This document shows positions 25,111 through 39,849 of a stretch of DNA of 64,000 bases, one piece after another. The notes below the pieces were generated by a model. It made no database searches, was not told where the DNA came from, and was given only the letters and a program-made list of their open reading frames with translations. Numbering within the stretch: position 1 is the first letter of the stretch; every line of letters begins with the position of its first letter. Source of the stretch: Octopus sinensis (Eukaryota); the NCBI RefSeq assembly GCF_006345805.1, contig NC_042998.1:100998001-101062000 (forward strand). The letters are read 5' to 3'. A program made the position numbers and the translations under genes.

Positions 25111-26799
25111 GGTAATATTGTTACGTAACATCGTTCGTATCTTTCCTATGGTATTGTGATATGTTTGATAGATAAAACTTTCACCACAAAGAAGAAAAAG
25201 CAGACGAACAAAATTTGTTGTTCCTAGAGCTGGCGAAAAAAACCAGGCAAATTAAATCAATAACAATAGCAACAAAAGTGAGAGGTCTGTCTATGTGGTC
25301 ACTGATTCTGCTAGAAATAGCAGACATTTTTTAAAAATCATTGTAAAATAAAAATAAAAATCAGTCGCACAAATTAGATAATGTAATTCTCCAAAAAAAA
25401 AAAAAAAAAAATAAGAGAAAAGAAAACATGAGCTAAACTCCATCAGAAAATAACATGGAGTGGTCGTGGCTGGAAAGGCTTTGATCTCATCACACGGCTC
25501 TGCCCTCTCAGAGCTGACATGGGAGCTAAATAACCACAGAAAAAATAACGACAATGTTAACAATAAACAATTCTGCAGAGGCGACTGGCTCCTCACATTT
25601 GAAACTTTCATTTTTATATTTTAACGGAACAAGATTAACTGCTGAAATTAACGACTCCTTCCTCCTTCAAAACAGCATTAAAAAGCATTAACCAATGAAA
25701 ACAATTTTTTACCTTCTTTCAAATGAAAGTTCAACCCTGAAAAGCCATATTCTTCTCTCTGCAACACATGAACTTATCCAAACTCACAAAGTTCATAATT
25801 AACAGTTGTTATTAGCAGGATTATAGGACTGAAGTCGATATAATCTTTGAATACGGTACCAGTAGATAAATCTTGACTTATTCGTCTTTCCTCCTCTCAT
25901 TACCCATGTTGTGTCCAGCTCTCCATAAGTCCTGCACTAATCTCCATGACCACTGCCGCTTTGTTAGAACGTTGTCCCTCTGGAGTTGTGTTTCCTTGCT
26001 AATGTCTTTCCTGCAAATGTCGACTTGCAAATGTCGGAATATTTAGCAGCATCAGTTTCACCAGTTTCGGAGGGCCTTTGAAAGTCAAGGGCACTGCCCC
26101 GTCCTCCAAACTCAGCAAAGTAAAACAGAAGTAAAACAATGTCCGGTTACTGAAACCAGCAAAAGGATAAAATCGCAAAAGAATAAGAGAAAAGATTTCT
26201 AGTTGAGGAATAAAAAAAAAATCGATTACGAAGAACAACACGGATATTCTCAACATGTGTCTGTAATTTCCATCTACTGTCGTATTATCAATTGTTATTA
26301 GTTTCCGGATTGATTAAGAGAACCACAACTAGATTTGATGGTACGCTTGTTTATTCTTGCTGGTTCTATGTTAAGCGGTGTCCACGTCTAATGCAATTAA
26401 GACTCAACTTATCTGTAAATAGACACCGTATTGTAAAAGATCTTTATACAACGTTAATGCAGTCAATGTGGGATTTCTTAACTTGATTACCTAACACTTT
26501 CACAAGTATTTTTAATCTGACCAAGAAATAACCGTTCCAACTCACTCCCGCCGTTCATTTGAATATCACTCTGTGAATGCACTAACTCACTCAAAATGAA
26601 TGCAAATCAGAAGACCCAGTCTTCGGCAATCAGGTTATGCAAATGAAGATGTAACAGTAATACAATTGATAGAATTGAATGCCACAGTAAATCAGAAATG
26701 CAGAGGAATAATTTTTGCTTTTCTTTATATTTTTATTACGGATTTTGTTATATTTATTGTTCACTCATTTACACATGCACATATATGTAAATAAATGTG

Positions 26800-26860
<61 letters not shown>

Positions 26861-26910
26861 GTATATATATATACACACACACATACACACATATATATAT
26901 GTATATATAT

Positions 26911-26959
<49 letters not shown>

Positions 26960-26975
26960 TATATATATACACACA
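26800..26975. repeat. (TA)n/(CA)n compound microsatellite
   Basis: Direct reading. Confidence 0.95.
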
Positions 26976-27099
26976 TGCATTTTCATATATAAACATATGC
27001 GTACATGTACACACATATATATATGCGTATATACATGTCTATAAATTTACATACACACACACATATACAGATTTATACATATGTTTCTACGTTTTGATT

Positions 27100-27470
27100 A
27101 CTTTTTATTTTTTTAAATAACTTTTATTGAGAACGAATCATCACACTCACACATACACACATTCACAAACCCCCACACAATTATATGCATATGAAACATA
27201 AGCACACAGTGCGAATCCATGACTGTTGTTCGTCATGTGATGATGTAAAATTAAATCAAAAGAAAAAAGAACAAAAAAAAAATCCGGCAAAGAGACAAAA
27301 ATACAATGAATAAAGCTTGAAAGAACGACTTGAAATAAAATGGCAGGTTGAAACAAAAAGCCTTCACAATCAGGACGAAAAATCTGAAGAAACTAATATC
27401 ACCAGCAGCACATACTCTTGTTATTTTTACTTTTAATACAGCCTTCCTTATCTTGAGTAAGATTTTCACC
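27100..27470 (-). mobile_element. Possible poly(A)-type retroelement 3' end
   Basis: Minus strand ends CAATAAAAGTTATTTAAAAAAATAAAAAA after a T-rich UTR-like tract; no diagnostic protein motif. Confidence 0.3.
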
Positions 27471-27767
27471 GTTTCTTGCTAAATCCCATCCACTTAACAT
27501 GACATAATTTATCAGCAGATGCTTTATGTATGATTGAAAGCAAAACAAAAATCAAACATCGTTTTCTCCCCCCCCCTTCTCTCTCTCTCAGTAATTATTC
27601 CTACGCCTTTTTCTACCTCACACAGCATATGTCGCTTATACCACTTTAATATTATATCTTATTTGGGTTTTTTTTCTCTCTCTCTCTCTTCTGATACCCT
27701 TAGCCCCGGGCATTCATCTAACTGCTTCAGAGGGAAATCAAATCGTTTTCTTTGATGGGAAGATGTA

Positions 27768-27768
27768 G

Positions 27769-27804
<36 letters not shown>

Positions 27805-27808
27805 TTTA

Positions 27809-27855
<47 letters not shown>

Positions 27856-27943
27856 GATGATAATGATGATGATTATGATGATGATAATAATGATGATGAT
27901 GATGATGATGATGATGATAATAATAATAATAATAATAATAATG

Positions 27944-27998
<55 letters not shown>

Positions 27999-28013
27999 TA
28001 ATAATAATAATAA
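27768..28013. repeat. (TAA)n/(TGA)n compound triplet tract
   Basis: Direct reading. Confidence 0.97.
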
Positions 28014-28014
28014 G

Positions 28015-28353
28015 TTCCAAATGATGAGAAAATCAATATGAGGGGTATAGAGAAAATAGCAAAGTACCCAGGACCTAGCCATTGAATTACAAAGATTTTT
28101 GGAAAGTGCGAGTAAAATGTATTCGCATTGTGTGTGTTTCATACCCCCCCACCACACACAATGTATGGGTGCATTAGGAACTATCCCTAAAGATTTTAAT
28201 AGATGGATAGAGGGAATAGGCATAAAGTCCAGTTTAATACAGCTCTAGGAAACAGTGTTATTAGGGACAGCAAGGATACTTAAGAGGTTACTTGCTGTAG
28301 CCCGATGTTAGGAACTTTTCTTTTTCAACAATCTAATCTGTTGTGCGTATATG
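28015..28353 (+). mobile_element. R4/Dong-type 3' end, same family as 18721-20310
   Basis: Aligns to ~19985-20310, including the UTR; followed by (CTA)n. Confidence 0.88.
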
Positions 28354-28381
28354 ACAACAACTACTGCTACTGCTGCTGCTG

Positions 28382-28443
<62 letters not shown>

Positions 28444-28584
28444 GCTACTACTCCGCAAAATAAGCTGTGAGTTTTCTTGACATTAATAATAACAGCAACA
28501 GCATCGGTAGAAGCAGTAACAGTAGCAGCAGCACCAGCAGCAACCACCACAACAACAACAAAATCAACAACATTAATCATATCA

Positions 28585-29074
28585 TGACCTACAAAGAGCA
28601 AAGAAGGAGTTACTGTAAATGAAAATTGCAGAATGTGGGATGCAATGATTCAGGGCGTTCACCTGACCGGACATCTGAAACCGCTCAATGTTGCAGAAAG
28701 AACATGCATGATAATCCACATAGCATGTCTCAGTGACAATAGGATTAAAGAGAAAGAAGAAAAACTGAACAAATATGACGATTTGAAGTGGGAAATACGA
28801 AGTTTGTGGTCAATGAGGAGAGTAGACGTGGGACCAATAATAATTGGCGCACTTGGAAGTATCAGCACTCAATTACCATCATGGCTGAAAATGTTTGGAA
28901 CAAAAGTAAAGGTAGAACAATGACAAAAATCAGTATTGCATGGAACTGCAAGAATTCTTCGGAAGGTTCTTAAAGGATGACCAGTAAACAAGTGTCACCT
29001 TAAAAATGCTGGCTGTGAACGGCTGACACTTTCCATCATACCTAGCAAAATAAGCTGGGAGTTTTCATCAACTA
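28585..29074 (+). mobile_element. R4/Dong-type RLE 3' end
   Basis: IACLSDNRIKEKEEKLNKYDDLKWEIRSLWSMRRVDVGPIIIGALG and GTARILRKVL*, then (TGA)n(TAA)n. Confidence 0.88.
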
Positions 29075-29218
<144 letters not shown>

Positions 29219-29722
29219 CAACAGGCAAGACTGGTACAAACCACGGAGAGTGTGGAGTCGGAGATTAGCAAAATCTGGGATTTTCCCATCCAAGAAGATC
29301 AGGTGCTAGAGCATAACAGACCGGACCTAGTAGTGGTCGACAAGATGCACCGCATGTGCTATATAGTTGATGTTGCATGCTCCTTTGACCCACGAATAGT
29401 CATGAAGGAAGGCGATAAAATAGATAAATACAACTTTCTTAAGTACGAAATAGCCCGGCTGCGGAAAATGAAGAAAGTAAAGATAGTGCCATTTATTGTT
29501 GGGTCCTTGTGGACAGCATCAGAAGGCATCAAGAGGAATATCAAGGAAATAGAAATAGAGTGCCCAGAGTAACTGTTACAAAAGGTTTGCCTTCTTGTCA
29601 CGGCTATAATAATCAGGAAAGAATTACATATCTGAAAAGAACGGTTAGCACGGTACCGTAGACTGCAGGTAGCAATTCCGCTATGCGTGCAACACTCCAG
29701 GAGTTCCAACAAAACCTGTGAT
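29219..29722 (+). mobile_element. R4/Dong-type RLE 3' end
   Basis: IWDFPIQEDQVLEHNRPDLVVVDK..IVDVACSFD..K..KY (PD-D-K RLE motif). Confidence 0.9.
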
Positions 29723-29971
29723 AAAAAGAAATTTTCTTTGTTTACTTCTTTATTTTTTATTTTTTCCTTTTTCTCTCTGTCATTCTTTCCCCTTTTCTCT
29801 ATCACATGACTTTGTAAATGAACAATCATGTGTGTTTATTTTAATGGCCTACTAATGTATACAACGTGTTTCTCTGCCCTAGGTGTAAAGGAAGACATTC
29901 GGCAAAAAATGGAAACAGTTGAATGATAATGAAATTAAAAAAAAAATAATAAAAAAATAATTATTATTATT

Positions 29972-32056
29972 ACAGTCCCCGCGTCGATGGTGACTGGGAG
30001 GACAACACTTGTAATGAAAAATTGAAGAAAGGGGAGTATTGTGGGAAACTACCGTCCCATAGCATGTCTAAACAGAATCTGAAAGATACTCACTGGAATA
30101 TGTGCGGCAATGACATATACTTTCCTGGCAGAGGAAAAATACTACCAAGGGAACAAAAAGGATGTAGGAAGAGTTCTCAGGGTACCAAGGATCACCTGGT
30201 CATCGATAAAACAGTTTTGAAGCATTGTAAAAAACATCATACAAATATGCCTTTGGCTTGGATTGACTTTAAGAAGGTATATGATATGGTGCCACATTCT
30301 TGGATCGTTGAATACCTGCAGATGTTTGGTGTTGCTGACATCACAAATTTTCTGATGCGTAGTATGAAAGGGTGGAAAACCAAATTGTGCTCAAGTAATG
30401 TGTTCCTTGGAGGAATCTTCTAAGATGACTCGCTTTCTCTGTTACTTTCTGTAAATGCACTAATATCCATAACGATGACACTTAGAAAAGTTAAGATGGG
30501 TTACCGATGTGGGAAGAGAGGCTCATCATTGAACCATCTTCTGTTTATGGATGACCTGAAATTGTTTGAGAAATCTGAAAAACATAGATCCCTTAACCAA
30601 AATAGTCCAGCAGTGTGGTAGGGACATTGGTATGGAATTTGGGATTACCAAATGCTTAGTACTTAATATGAAAAGAGGGAAGACAGTTAGAGGATTGCGG
30701 TTACCATCAGGAGAGACCATGGGTGAACCCGACGGTAGTGGGTAGAGATATTTAGGGATTTTGGAGCTGGGTGACATTCTACACAGAGAAATGAAAGTCA
30801 AGGTCAGCGAGGCGTATCAAGCAAAGGTGGAGATGGTGTTGAAATCCAACCTGAATGCCAAAAATTTGCTTACCGCAATGAATATCTGGGCAGTTGCGGT
30901 GGTCAGACAGAGTGCGTCCATCCTCAAATGGACTAAGGAAGAAATATCAACACTGGATAGAAGGACGAGAAAGTTGATGACGCTGTATGGGGTGCTACAC
31001 TCTAAAGCAAACATAGACAGACTGTATATGAAAAGGAAGAATGGTGACAGTTTAGTATAGACAATTGTATAAGGAGTGAAAGGAGAACGCTTGCCGAGTA
31101 TTTGATAAATAGTGATGAAGACCTGCTGTAATATGCCGCGAAAGATATGGGGGTTAATGCAGATGAAATGATGGGCAAGGAAGAGTTTAACCAAAGAGCT
31201 GAGAAGAAAAGAACTTCTTGAAATGAGAATGCATGGACAGTTTGGGAGGAATACACAAGACGTTAAGGATAATATAGCATCGTGGGCATGGCTTGAGCGA
31301 AGTGATTTGAAGCGTACCACCGAAAGCCTGATCATTGCTGCACAAGACCAGGCTCTCGCTACCAATTCAGTGAAGTATAACTTCTATAAATCTTCTGACA
31401 CCCAGAAATGCAGACTCTGTGGTAAGAGTATAGAAAATGTGGCCCACTTGGTAAGTGGATGTGAGAGCATTGCATAAAAAGAATATAAGCGCCGCCACGA
31501 TAAATGTGTCTGTATCTCCATTGGCTCTTATGCCGTAAATACCAATATGGAGTAACAGAGAATTGGTATGAGCACGTACCAAGTAAAGTTATGCAAATGG
31601 ATGGAAAAGTAACGATACTCTGGGACTATGATTTTCAGACGGATCGTGTAATCGAACACTGTCGACTGGATATTGTCATACTGAATAAGAGAGACAAATA
31701 CTGTCAGATCATTGATGTAGCCATACCAAATGACATGAATGTTGTGAGTAAAGAGATTTTAAAAAAATCACCAAGCACTCCGAATTGAAAGGAGAAATGA
31801 CAAGACTGTTTGGAATGCGAGAAGGTAATGTAAAAATGATACCAGTGGTGAACAGAGCGTTGGGCTCAATCCCATTGAAACTCCAAAGCTTCTTAAGGCA
31901 TCTGGAAATACCATGCAAAATTGAGATCTTGCAAAAAGAAGCCTTATTGAGTACAGCGCACATCTTAAGAAAAGTATTATCTGTTTGAGGTCCTTCTTGT
32001 GACTTGACAGACGACTAAAGTTTCCAGTGCATTTTTACCTACACTGTGTTACGAAG

Positions 32057-32058
<2 letters not shown>
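29972..32058 (+). mobile_element. R4/Dong-type LINE, 5'-truncated (RT, CCHC, RLE)
   Basis: [80 protein letters not shown] and AHILRKVLSV*; then (AAT)n. Confidence 0.95.
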
Positions 32059-32122
<64 letters not shown>

Positions 32123-32124
32123 TG

Positions 32125-32185
<61 letters not shown>

Positions 32186-32197
32186 TAATAATAATAA
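32059..32197. repeat. (AAT)n tract
   Basis: Direct reading. Confidence 0.97.
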
Positions 32198-32336
32198 AGC
32201 TTTCTACTAAAGGCACAATGCCTGAAATTTTGTGGGAGGAGACTAGTCGATTACATCTACCCCGGTGTTTCACTGGTGATTAATTTATCGACCCCGAAAG
32301 GATGAAAACCAAAGTCGACCTCGAAGTAGTAATAGC

Positions 32337-32376
<40 letters not shown>

Positions 32377-32595
32377 ATGGTGAATTGGCAGAATCACTAG
32401 GGCGTCATAAAAAATAATACCTTGCTACGTTTGTTCCGTCTCTTTACCTTCTACTTTCGAATCCAGCCAAGGCCATCCTTGTTTTTCACCCCTTTGCGCA
32501 TATAAAATAATTAACAATCAAGTATGTGAGTCGATGTAATCGTTTAATCCCACCCCACTCCTAAAATTGCTAGCCTTGTTTCGAAATTATAATCA
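32198..32595. mobile_element. Two SINE family B fragments, divergent (- then +), separated by (TAG)n
   Basis: Minus tail/core at 32198-32325; (TAG)n at 32326-32376; degenerate + copy at 32378-32595. Confidence 0.7.
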
Positions 32596-32639
32596 GTGTT
32601 ATTGTCATTTTTAGCATAGCTACAAATCTACGAATCTCT

Positions 32640-32934
32640 TAAAAACTTGTGACCAGATGCCAAAATTAGAAAGACTTCTTCTTCTGGTTGAGAAATGAAG
32701 CACAGACAACAACAGCAGCAGCCGTTCAAGAATTTGGATCTGGAGATCTACATTTTCCAGCGACTTCGAGGGCCACCTTCCAGTGGTTTCGGGCGTCAAC
32801 GAAGGGCCCTCGACTACAACAAGACGAGCAAAGATTTTTTTTGTCCAAGGTCTGGGGTCTCCCGTCCCTATGCCCTAAACCATCACCTAATCACCCTTAC
32901 CCGTCTTGTTGCTCAACAACAACGACGACGACAA

Positions 32935-32965
<31 letters not shown>

Positions 32966-35900
32966 AACAACAACAGCAGCAGCAGCAACAACAACAGCAG
33001 CTGCTACAGCGGAATATATTTCAATAAAAACGAGGAGACTGAAGCGAGTGACGCAGGCTCGAATCTAAAAATTCCCAAGACCAATCTGGGAAACCTTGTG
33101 CCACCTATGGGAGACACTTTGGCACAGTTGAGTTAAGATTCTCAATTGAAGAATTAGCCAAAGAAAGTGCGAGGACAACACTCAAAAGTGAGGAATTATG
33201 GTCAATTCCAACATACCTCGGTCGGAGGGTGGTCAAAATAAAGGTGACAGAGGTGCCACCAGAAATGGACAGCTCTTTGCTGGCGGCAACCGTATTATAT
33301 GGCATAGAGGACAACGCAAAAATTCTGCAAGTCTACCAAACTAGAAAGAAAAACTGTTCAGCCACGTGCATGGAATCATAGATTCATGCCGATCTGGAGA
33401 GTATCGAAGTTATCCCTGACCTGATCAACCTCTGTAATAGAACACAGTTATTTGTAGCAGTAGAGAGCAGAAAGCCGAGTTGCTATATTTGTGGCGAAAC
33501 AAACCATTTAAAGGCTCTCTGCTCCATGGAAAGAAAATTAAAAACACACTACTGTAGACACCTCTAGCACAACACCTACATCAAAAGCTACAGCTGAACA
33601 TCACCATTATCACCACCAGCAACACCTATATCACCAGTGCAAAGAAGAGCAGCATCCAAAACAGCAACAGCATCAAAAAGAGCAGCAGAAAAGATCCATT
33701 CAGCATCAGCACCCGCAAGCACCGGTACCATACCTGAGAAAATCAGTAACATCACTTGCACCATAGCAACCGAGAGAAGCTTCACTCGCACCAGTCGATC
33801 AGACCACCAGCTTAGAAATGCGTGACTGTGCAGACATACTTCTCCCACTGCCACATATTTTTCCGACTATGAAAATTCGTCTAGCGAGGAAAAGAATCAT
33901 GGAAACCCACCGGCATGTATCCTTGTGAAAGGAAAAAGAAAACTGATTACAGAATGAAAAGCTTGGTGTAAGACTAAAAACAAAGAGATTAGAAGAGAAG
34001 ACATAGAGACCAGCAAACCATCTCAAACATACACCCTACACCAACGCAATTACAAACATGTCCAACACTACAAACATCACTAACATTACAAACACCTCTA
34101 CAAACGAAAACACATAGCAATCCAGACCAGCAACATGAACAGTACTCCCAAAGCATCACTAATGACACGGTCATAGATACAAACAACAAGAACATAGATA
34201 CAAACAACATTCAAAAATACACACACTACTCTAGATGAATACACCGCACCCCTGCATAACACCCCTATTTACATAAAAATTATAAAAACAACGCGACAAA
34301 CTTGAAACAAATTGAAATCAAATCATCCCATATGAATGGGAGATTTCCGAGGGACCATAAATAAAAGGCTCTACAAAGAAATGCTCGTGAAGACACCCAC
34401 AAACAGCCTGAAGGACAGAACATCTGTCTCTTCACAGAAATAGGGTAAGTAATTCTCTTCATGTTTCTTCTCTCTGACAAACATGGTCTTGCTCAGAATA
34501 GGTAGTATAAATGCACGCGGCTTTGAGGTCACCTAGGAATCAGGCCACCTACTCAATGACTTCAGATCACTAAATTTAGATGTAGTGGCTATCAGTGAAA
34601 AACAGTTCTCCGACTGACGAGCTCACTTGTCCATTTTCGGTGGATACGAGATTTACTTATTGCCATGTAAACCAAGAATGGAGGGTAGAACTGCGATATT
34701 TTTCCGGAGAGGCCTGGAACTGGCAACAGAGCGGGAGAATTCCTAGTTCTGTGAGTTAAGGAGCGGCGGCACTGTTAAGAAAGGACCCAAACAAGGGGGA
34801 TCAAATAGAAAATTTTAGCCCCATGACGCTGATGAGCGCGCAAACATATACCATCTCAAGCAGATCCATTCTCGATAGTCTCCACCTCAAGCGATACATC
34901 ATAGACAATGTGGGTAAAGAAGCTAGAATAAGTGGGATCCTGATCAACTTGGATCAATCTAAAGCCTTCAATAGAGTCAACCACCCATCCATACTTAGCG
35001 GCCGTTTTCACGGTGGCCAGTTTTGGTCCCGCTTTTCGTGATTAGATTGCCACAATGTACAGCAACATCTACTCGGTAGTTCGGGTGAACGGTTATCCAT
35101 CGGAACCATTCAGCATCATGAGCTTGGTCCATTAAGGGTATCCGCTTTTGTCTCTTCTGTATGTACAGTCTCTAGAGCCTCTATAGCGGAAATTGGTGAT
35201 GCTGAGAGGTATAACGTGCGAACTAGGACGTAGGAGAACTATGTTGGCATATGCAGACAACGTCATTATCATGGCATCGAATACCAGACTCTGCTTTAAA
35301 AGAATAATAAGCGGTGACAAGAGCAACCATTAACCAAAAAAAGTCAGTGGGCCTGCAGCTCGGCACCTTGAGAGGCAGGTCCATGCCGCCCAATAAAGCC
35401 ACGGGACGCTGGACGGAGGGATCGGTTAAATTGTTCGGGGTATGGTTTTGTCCAGATCTCCAGGTGGCGAATTGGGGCGAGATGACAAGCAGGGTAGCCA
35501 ATCTCACCAAGAAATGGGCCGAGAGAAAGCTATCCCTGAAAGGTTGATCAGAGGTGACGAAAGCTTATATCGCCTTCGTCATATATTACCGACTGACCGT
35601 CGTGCCTTGCCCAGCTTACGTCTGACCAAACTAGAGCGCTTACTCTTCTGCTTTCTGTGGAAGGGATGTGTTACACTGGTCAGGCGCTCCATTTGTTGTC
35701 GATAGCTACTGAGTGGAGCGTTGGGTATGCCGTGGATGTTGATGTGCAGCCATCTCCAGCGCTTCCATGACGGTGAAAAGGTGTCGTCTTTTGAGAGACA
35801 AGATTTTTCACCACTCGTCTCTTTGAGCTTCAGTCCTGGCAAGTCATCTAGTACCTAGAGTGTCGTCAGGCGCTCACAGTCCTCTGTCAGTCGGACAATG

Positions 35901-36058
35901 CGTTCGGTGGAAGTGCCGCTCTGGGTTTCTTGTGAGTGTTAGTGGGGGGCAATTGCAACGGTTTTTGCTTTTTACACGTCTTTTATGTATTCCCACATCG
36001 TATTGTCCAGTACCACCCCGATGTCTTTTTTGTGAACCCTAAGTGGTTAATAAAGCTA
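32640..36058 (+). mobile_element. L1/Tx1-clade LINE, internally deleted and decayed (ORF1 knuckle, APE, RT)
   Basis: CYICGETNHLKALC (33481-33522); MVLLRIGSINARG..VAISE (APE, ~34480); LDQSKAFNRVNH (~34950); AYADNV (~35245); INQKKS and NWGEMTSRV...LSLKG; AATAAA near 36047. Confidence 0.88.
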
Positions 36059-36082
36059 ACATTATTATTATTATTATTATTA

Positions 36083-36140
<58 letters not shown>

Positions 36141-36604
36141 GAGTGAGAGAGCAGTTCATGCCATCAAAGTGACACTGGGGTAAAATATACGAAGCCCAAT
36201 ATACCCATCATGACAACCCGTCTGATAAGGGTACACCAGGCACATGCATCACAACCATATGTACGCGACATGGTGATCTCATATCAAGATAAACAGCACA
36301 TGACCTTGCAGGTGGGGCCCAGTTAGAAATTTCTTCAGGTTGAGTAGCCCATCCTACTCAAAAGGTCCCTGAATAAGGGTTGTTTAAGGATGTTGAAAGA
36401 ACCACCCATGTTTCCAGAGGTGAATTATTCAAACCCCAAAGAATCCCTCTCAACACATGGCTATGATGCTCCCCCACTACTTCTGCTCGTGATCAGAGAT
36501 GCACATATCGTCAGCCACTAAGGGACATGCTCAACTGGTTAAGGTCAAACAACTGACAAGCAAATCTGTGGTATTGAGCAGAATATTTGCTGTAGCCCAT
36601 CTTT
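36141..36604 (-). mobile_element. Non-coding (TAA)n-flanked element, copy 2 (about 27 bp shorter at the 5' end)
   Basis: Reverse complement of ~21186-21644; (TTA)n at 36060-36140 and 36604-36673. Confidence 0.85.
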
Positions 36605-36624
36605 ATTATTATTATTATTATTAA

Positions 36625-36673
<49 letters not shown>

Positions 36674-36675
<2 letters not shown>

Positions 36676-36894
36676 GGCGGCAAGCTAGCGAAATCATTAG
36701 TATGCTTAACGGTATTCCGCCTGTCGCCACGTTCTGAGTTCAAATTCCCGCTTTGTTGACTTTGCCTTTCATCCTTTCGGGGTCGATAAATGAAGTATCA
36801 GTCAAGTACTGGGGTCGATGTGATCGACTATCCACCTCCGCCAAAATTTTAGGCCTTGTGCTTATAGTAGAAATGATTATTATTATCATTATCA

Positions 36895-36946
<52 letters not shown>

Positions 36947-37610
36947 CATTATTATTATCATTATTATTGTTGTTGTTGTTGCTATTATTATTATCATTAT
37001 TATTATTATTAATATTATTATTAATATTACCATCATTATTATTAAGGCGGCGAAATGCCAGAATCATTAGCACGCCGGGCAAAATGCTTACCAATATTTC
37101 GTCCGACACTTTACATTCTGAGTTCAAACGACAGCGATGCTTTCGGGGTGGATAAATTAAATACCAGTGAAGCACTGGGATCGATGTAATCGACTTGTCC
37201 CCTCCCCCCAAAATTTCTGGCCTTCTGCCTTTACTAAACAATATTATTGTTATTATTAAGACGGTGAGCTGGCAGAATCGTCAGCTCGCCGGACAAAATG
37301 CTTAGTAGTATTTCATCCGTTTTTTTACGTTGAGTTGAAATTCCGTCGAGTTCGACTTTGTCTCTCATCCTTTTTGGGTCGATGTAATAAGTAGAATTTG
37401 AGTACTTGAGTCAATATAATCGACTTCCTCTTCTCCCCCCAAACTGCTGACCTTCTGCCAAAATTTGAAACAATTATCATTAACGCAATGAGCTAGACAA
37501 GTCTTTAGTACATCAGAGAAAATGCTTAGTAGTATTTCTTTTGGCTTTATGTTCTGAATTCAAATGCCGCCGAAGTCGAATTGCTTTTCATTCATTCGGT
37601 GTCCATAAGA
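36674..37610 (+). mobile_element. Head-to-tail array of four SINE family B copies separated by (ATT)n
   Basis: Heads at 36674, 37044, 37258 and 37482. Confidence 0.85.
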
Positions 37611-38309
37611 TATCGATGAAATTTACGTCAGTACTTGATTGATACTTATCTAATCGACCTCAGAAGGATGGAAAGCAGAGTCAATCGACTTCAACCAGAT
37701 TTGGAAAAATACTACAAGGCATTAAATTCGATGCTCTATTGACTGTGTAAGCCAAACTTAAGTCCAAACATTTTGGAAATACGGTTTAGTCAATGAAATT
37801 ATTCAAGAACTTGGCAAGTTCTTTATTCTATCGACTCCAGTGGATGATAAAATGCAAAATTTATATATTTTTTGTGACATATCTATTAGAGTTCTATATG
37901 TAATCAACCGTGATAGGACCTCTTGCGTGCGAGTAGTTGTTATCTAAAAGAAACCCACTTTTAGAGAATAGCAATGAATTAAAAATGGAATATAGGCAAC
38001 TGACACACAAAAACAGGTTTTCTATCACAAAATTCAAATATGACGTAAGTTGAACTCTTTCATATGCGTTTGTATTCATTCAGCCAACCAAAGTATTGGA
38101 TTAAATAAAAAACATATATCTTGATATACGAAATATAACATAATCAGAGTGTAAAAAATTGGAAAGATAGAATAATCATCTTATGTAGCGAACTACGTAA
38201 AATAACTGAGATGACAGAAGTTAATCCATCTAGAAACATTAAGAACTCGTTACATGTGATAAATATGGGAATGTGGGGAGAGAAGAGAAAGAGAACGAAA
38301 GAAATAAAG

Positions 38310-38356
<47 letters not shown>

Positions 38357-39355
38357 AAAGAACTAGCAAGTAAACAAACATTCAGAACTAAAAGCAGACA
38401 AAAAAAAATCTCATAATTTTTTTAAAGCAGTATTGAATAAAAGATTAGAGATATAATGTTAAGGAAAACGAAAATACGAAAAGCATTCTTTTGAAAATAA
38501 TCGCTATAAATTATATAGTAAGATGCGCATTGGAATAGGACACTCGTTAAAAATGATGTATAAGCGCTTTGTAAAGCTGTTTTTTGGAAAAGAAATTTAA
38601 TGCGAAAAATGACAATACAAAAGACACCAAATAAAAGTGATAATAAAAAATGGAGAACAGTAGTCGATAAGATAATAAGAATGAAGTGATGTCATTGGAA
38701 AAGTTCTGGATCTGGTATTATCTAAAGTTTATTGGTGATTCTCTTTCAATAAGCTATCGAACAGGACGCACAATAGCTTGCAATAACACAGATAAGATTA
38801 TTCATGGCCATATACTGACAACTACGTTAGCTTGTAGTGTTTAGGATAACCAACAAATAATCTACTTAACTAATGTGACCCATACATGTCTACCCGTAAT
38901 TTATTATTAAATAGGATTTGAAAATGATTTCACGTAATGAATGGAGAAAAACTCTAGGACTCTAAATTCTTGAGTCATCGATTCAGCTTCATGTCTATAA
39001 ATAATACTATTTATGTACTGAGTTCTATTTTTCCCGTTTCTATAACTTGATGTGTATATCTATGTCAGAATGTATGTATGTATGTATGTATGTATGTATG
39101 TATGTATGTATGTATGTATGTATGTATGTATGTATGTATGTATGTATATATATATATATATTTATATACATACATACATTGCATATTACATAAATAATGA
39201 AACAATTGTCCAGAGTTAATCTATATTTTCGTTATTTTTCACTTGCCCTACGTTAAATGTGTTATTTCTTCTTGGAAACAATTTTTAGTGGCTATACCAT
39301 AGCGGATCTATTTTTAGCACTAGAGTCGACCACATAGTGGTTACTCTCTCATATT

Positions 39356-39440
<85 letters not shown>

Positions 39441-39700
39441 TGTATAATACACACATACATACCTATTTATAATATATATATACACACACATATGTATATT
39501 TGTATGAATATATATATAAATATTGAGGAAAAGGTATTTCAACTGCTATTTCTAAATTTGGTGCGTGGCGATGCAATTAGCTGACCCCTGATTATAATTA
39601 TGCTTATAATTATAGAATATTTGTATAATATTACTCATAAAGGTTATTTTAATGTACCGAACTACTTGGTAAAATTATCAATTATTAATTAATTAATTAG

Positions 39701-39816
<116 letters not shown>

Positions 39817-39849
39817 TATTATTATCATTATTATTATTATTATTATTGT

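Noticed and set aside
25600-26260. Moderately GC-rich unique segment as an exon or transposon ORF
   Set aside because: All frames are interrupted, with no recognisable motif or convincing splice pair
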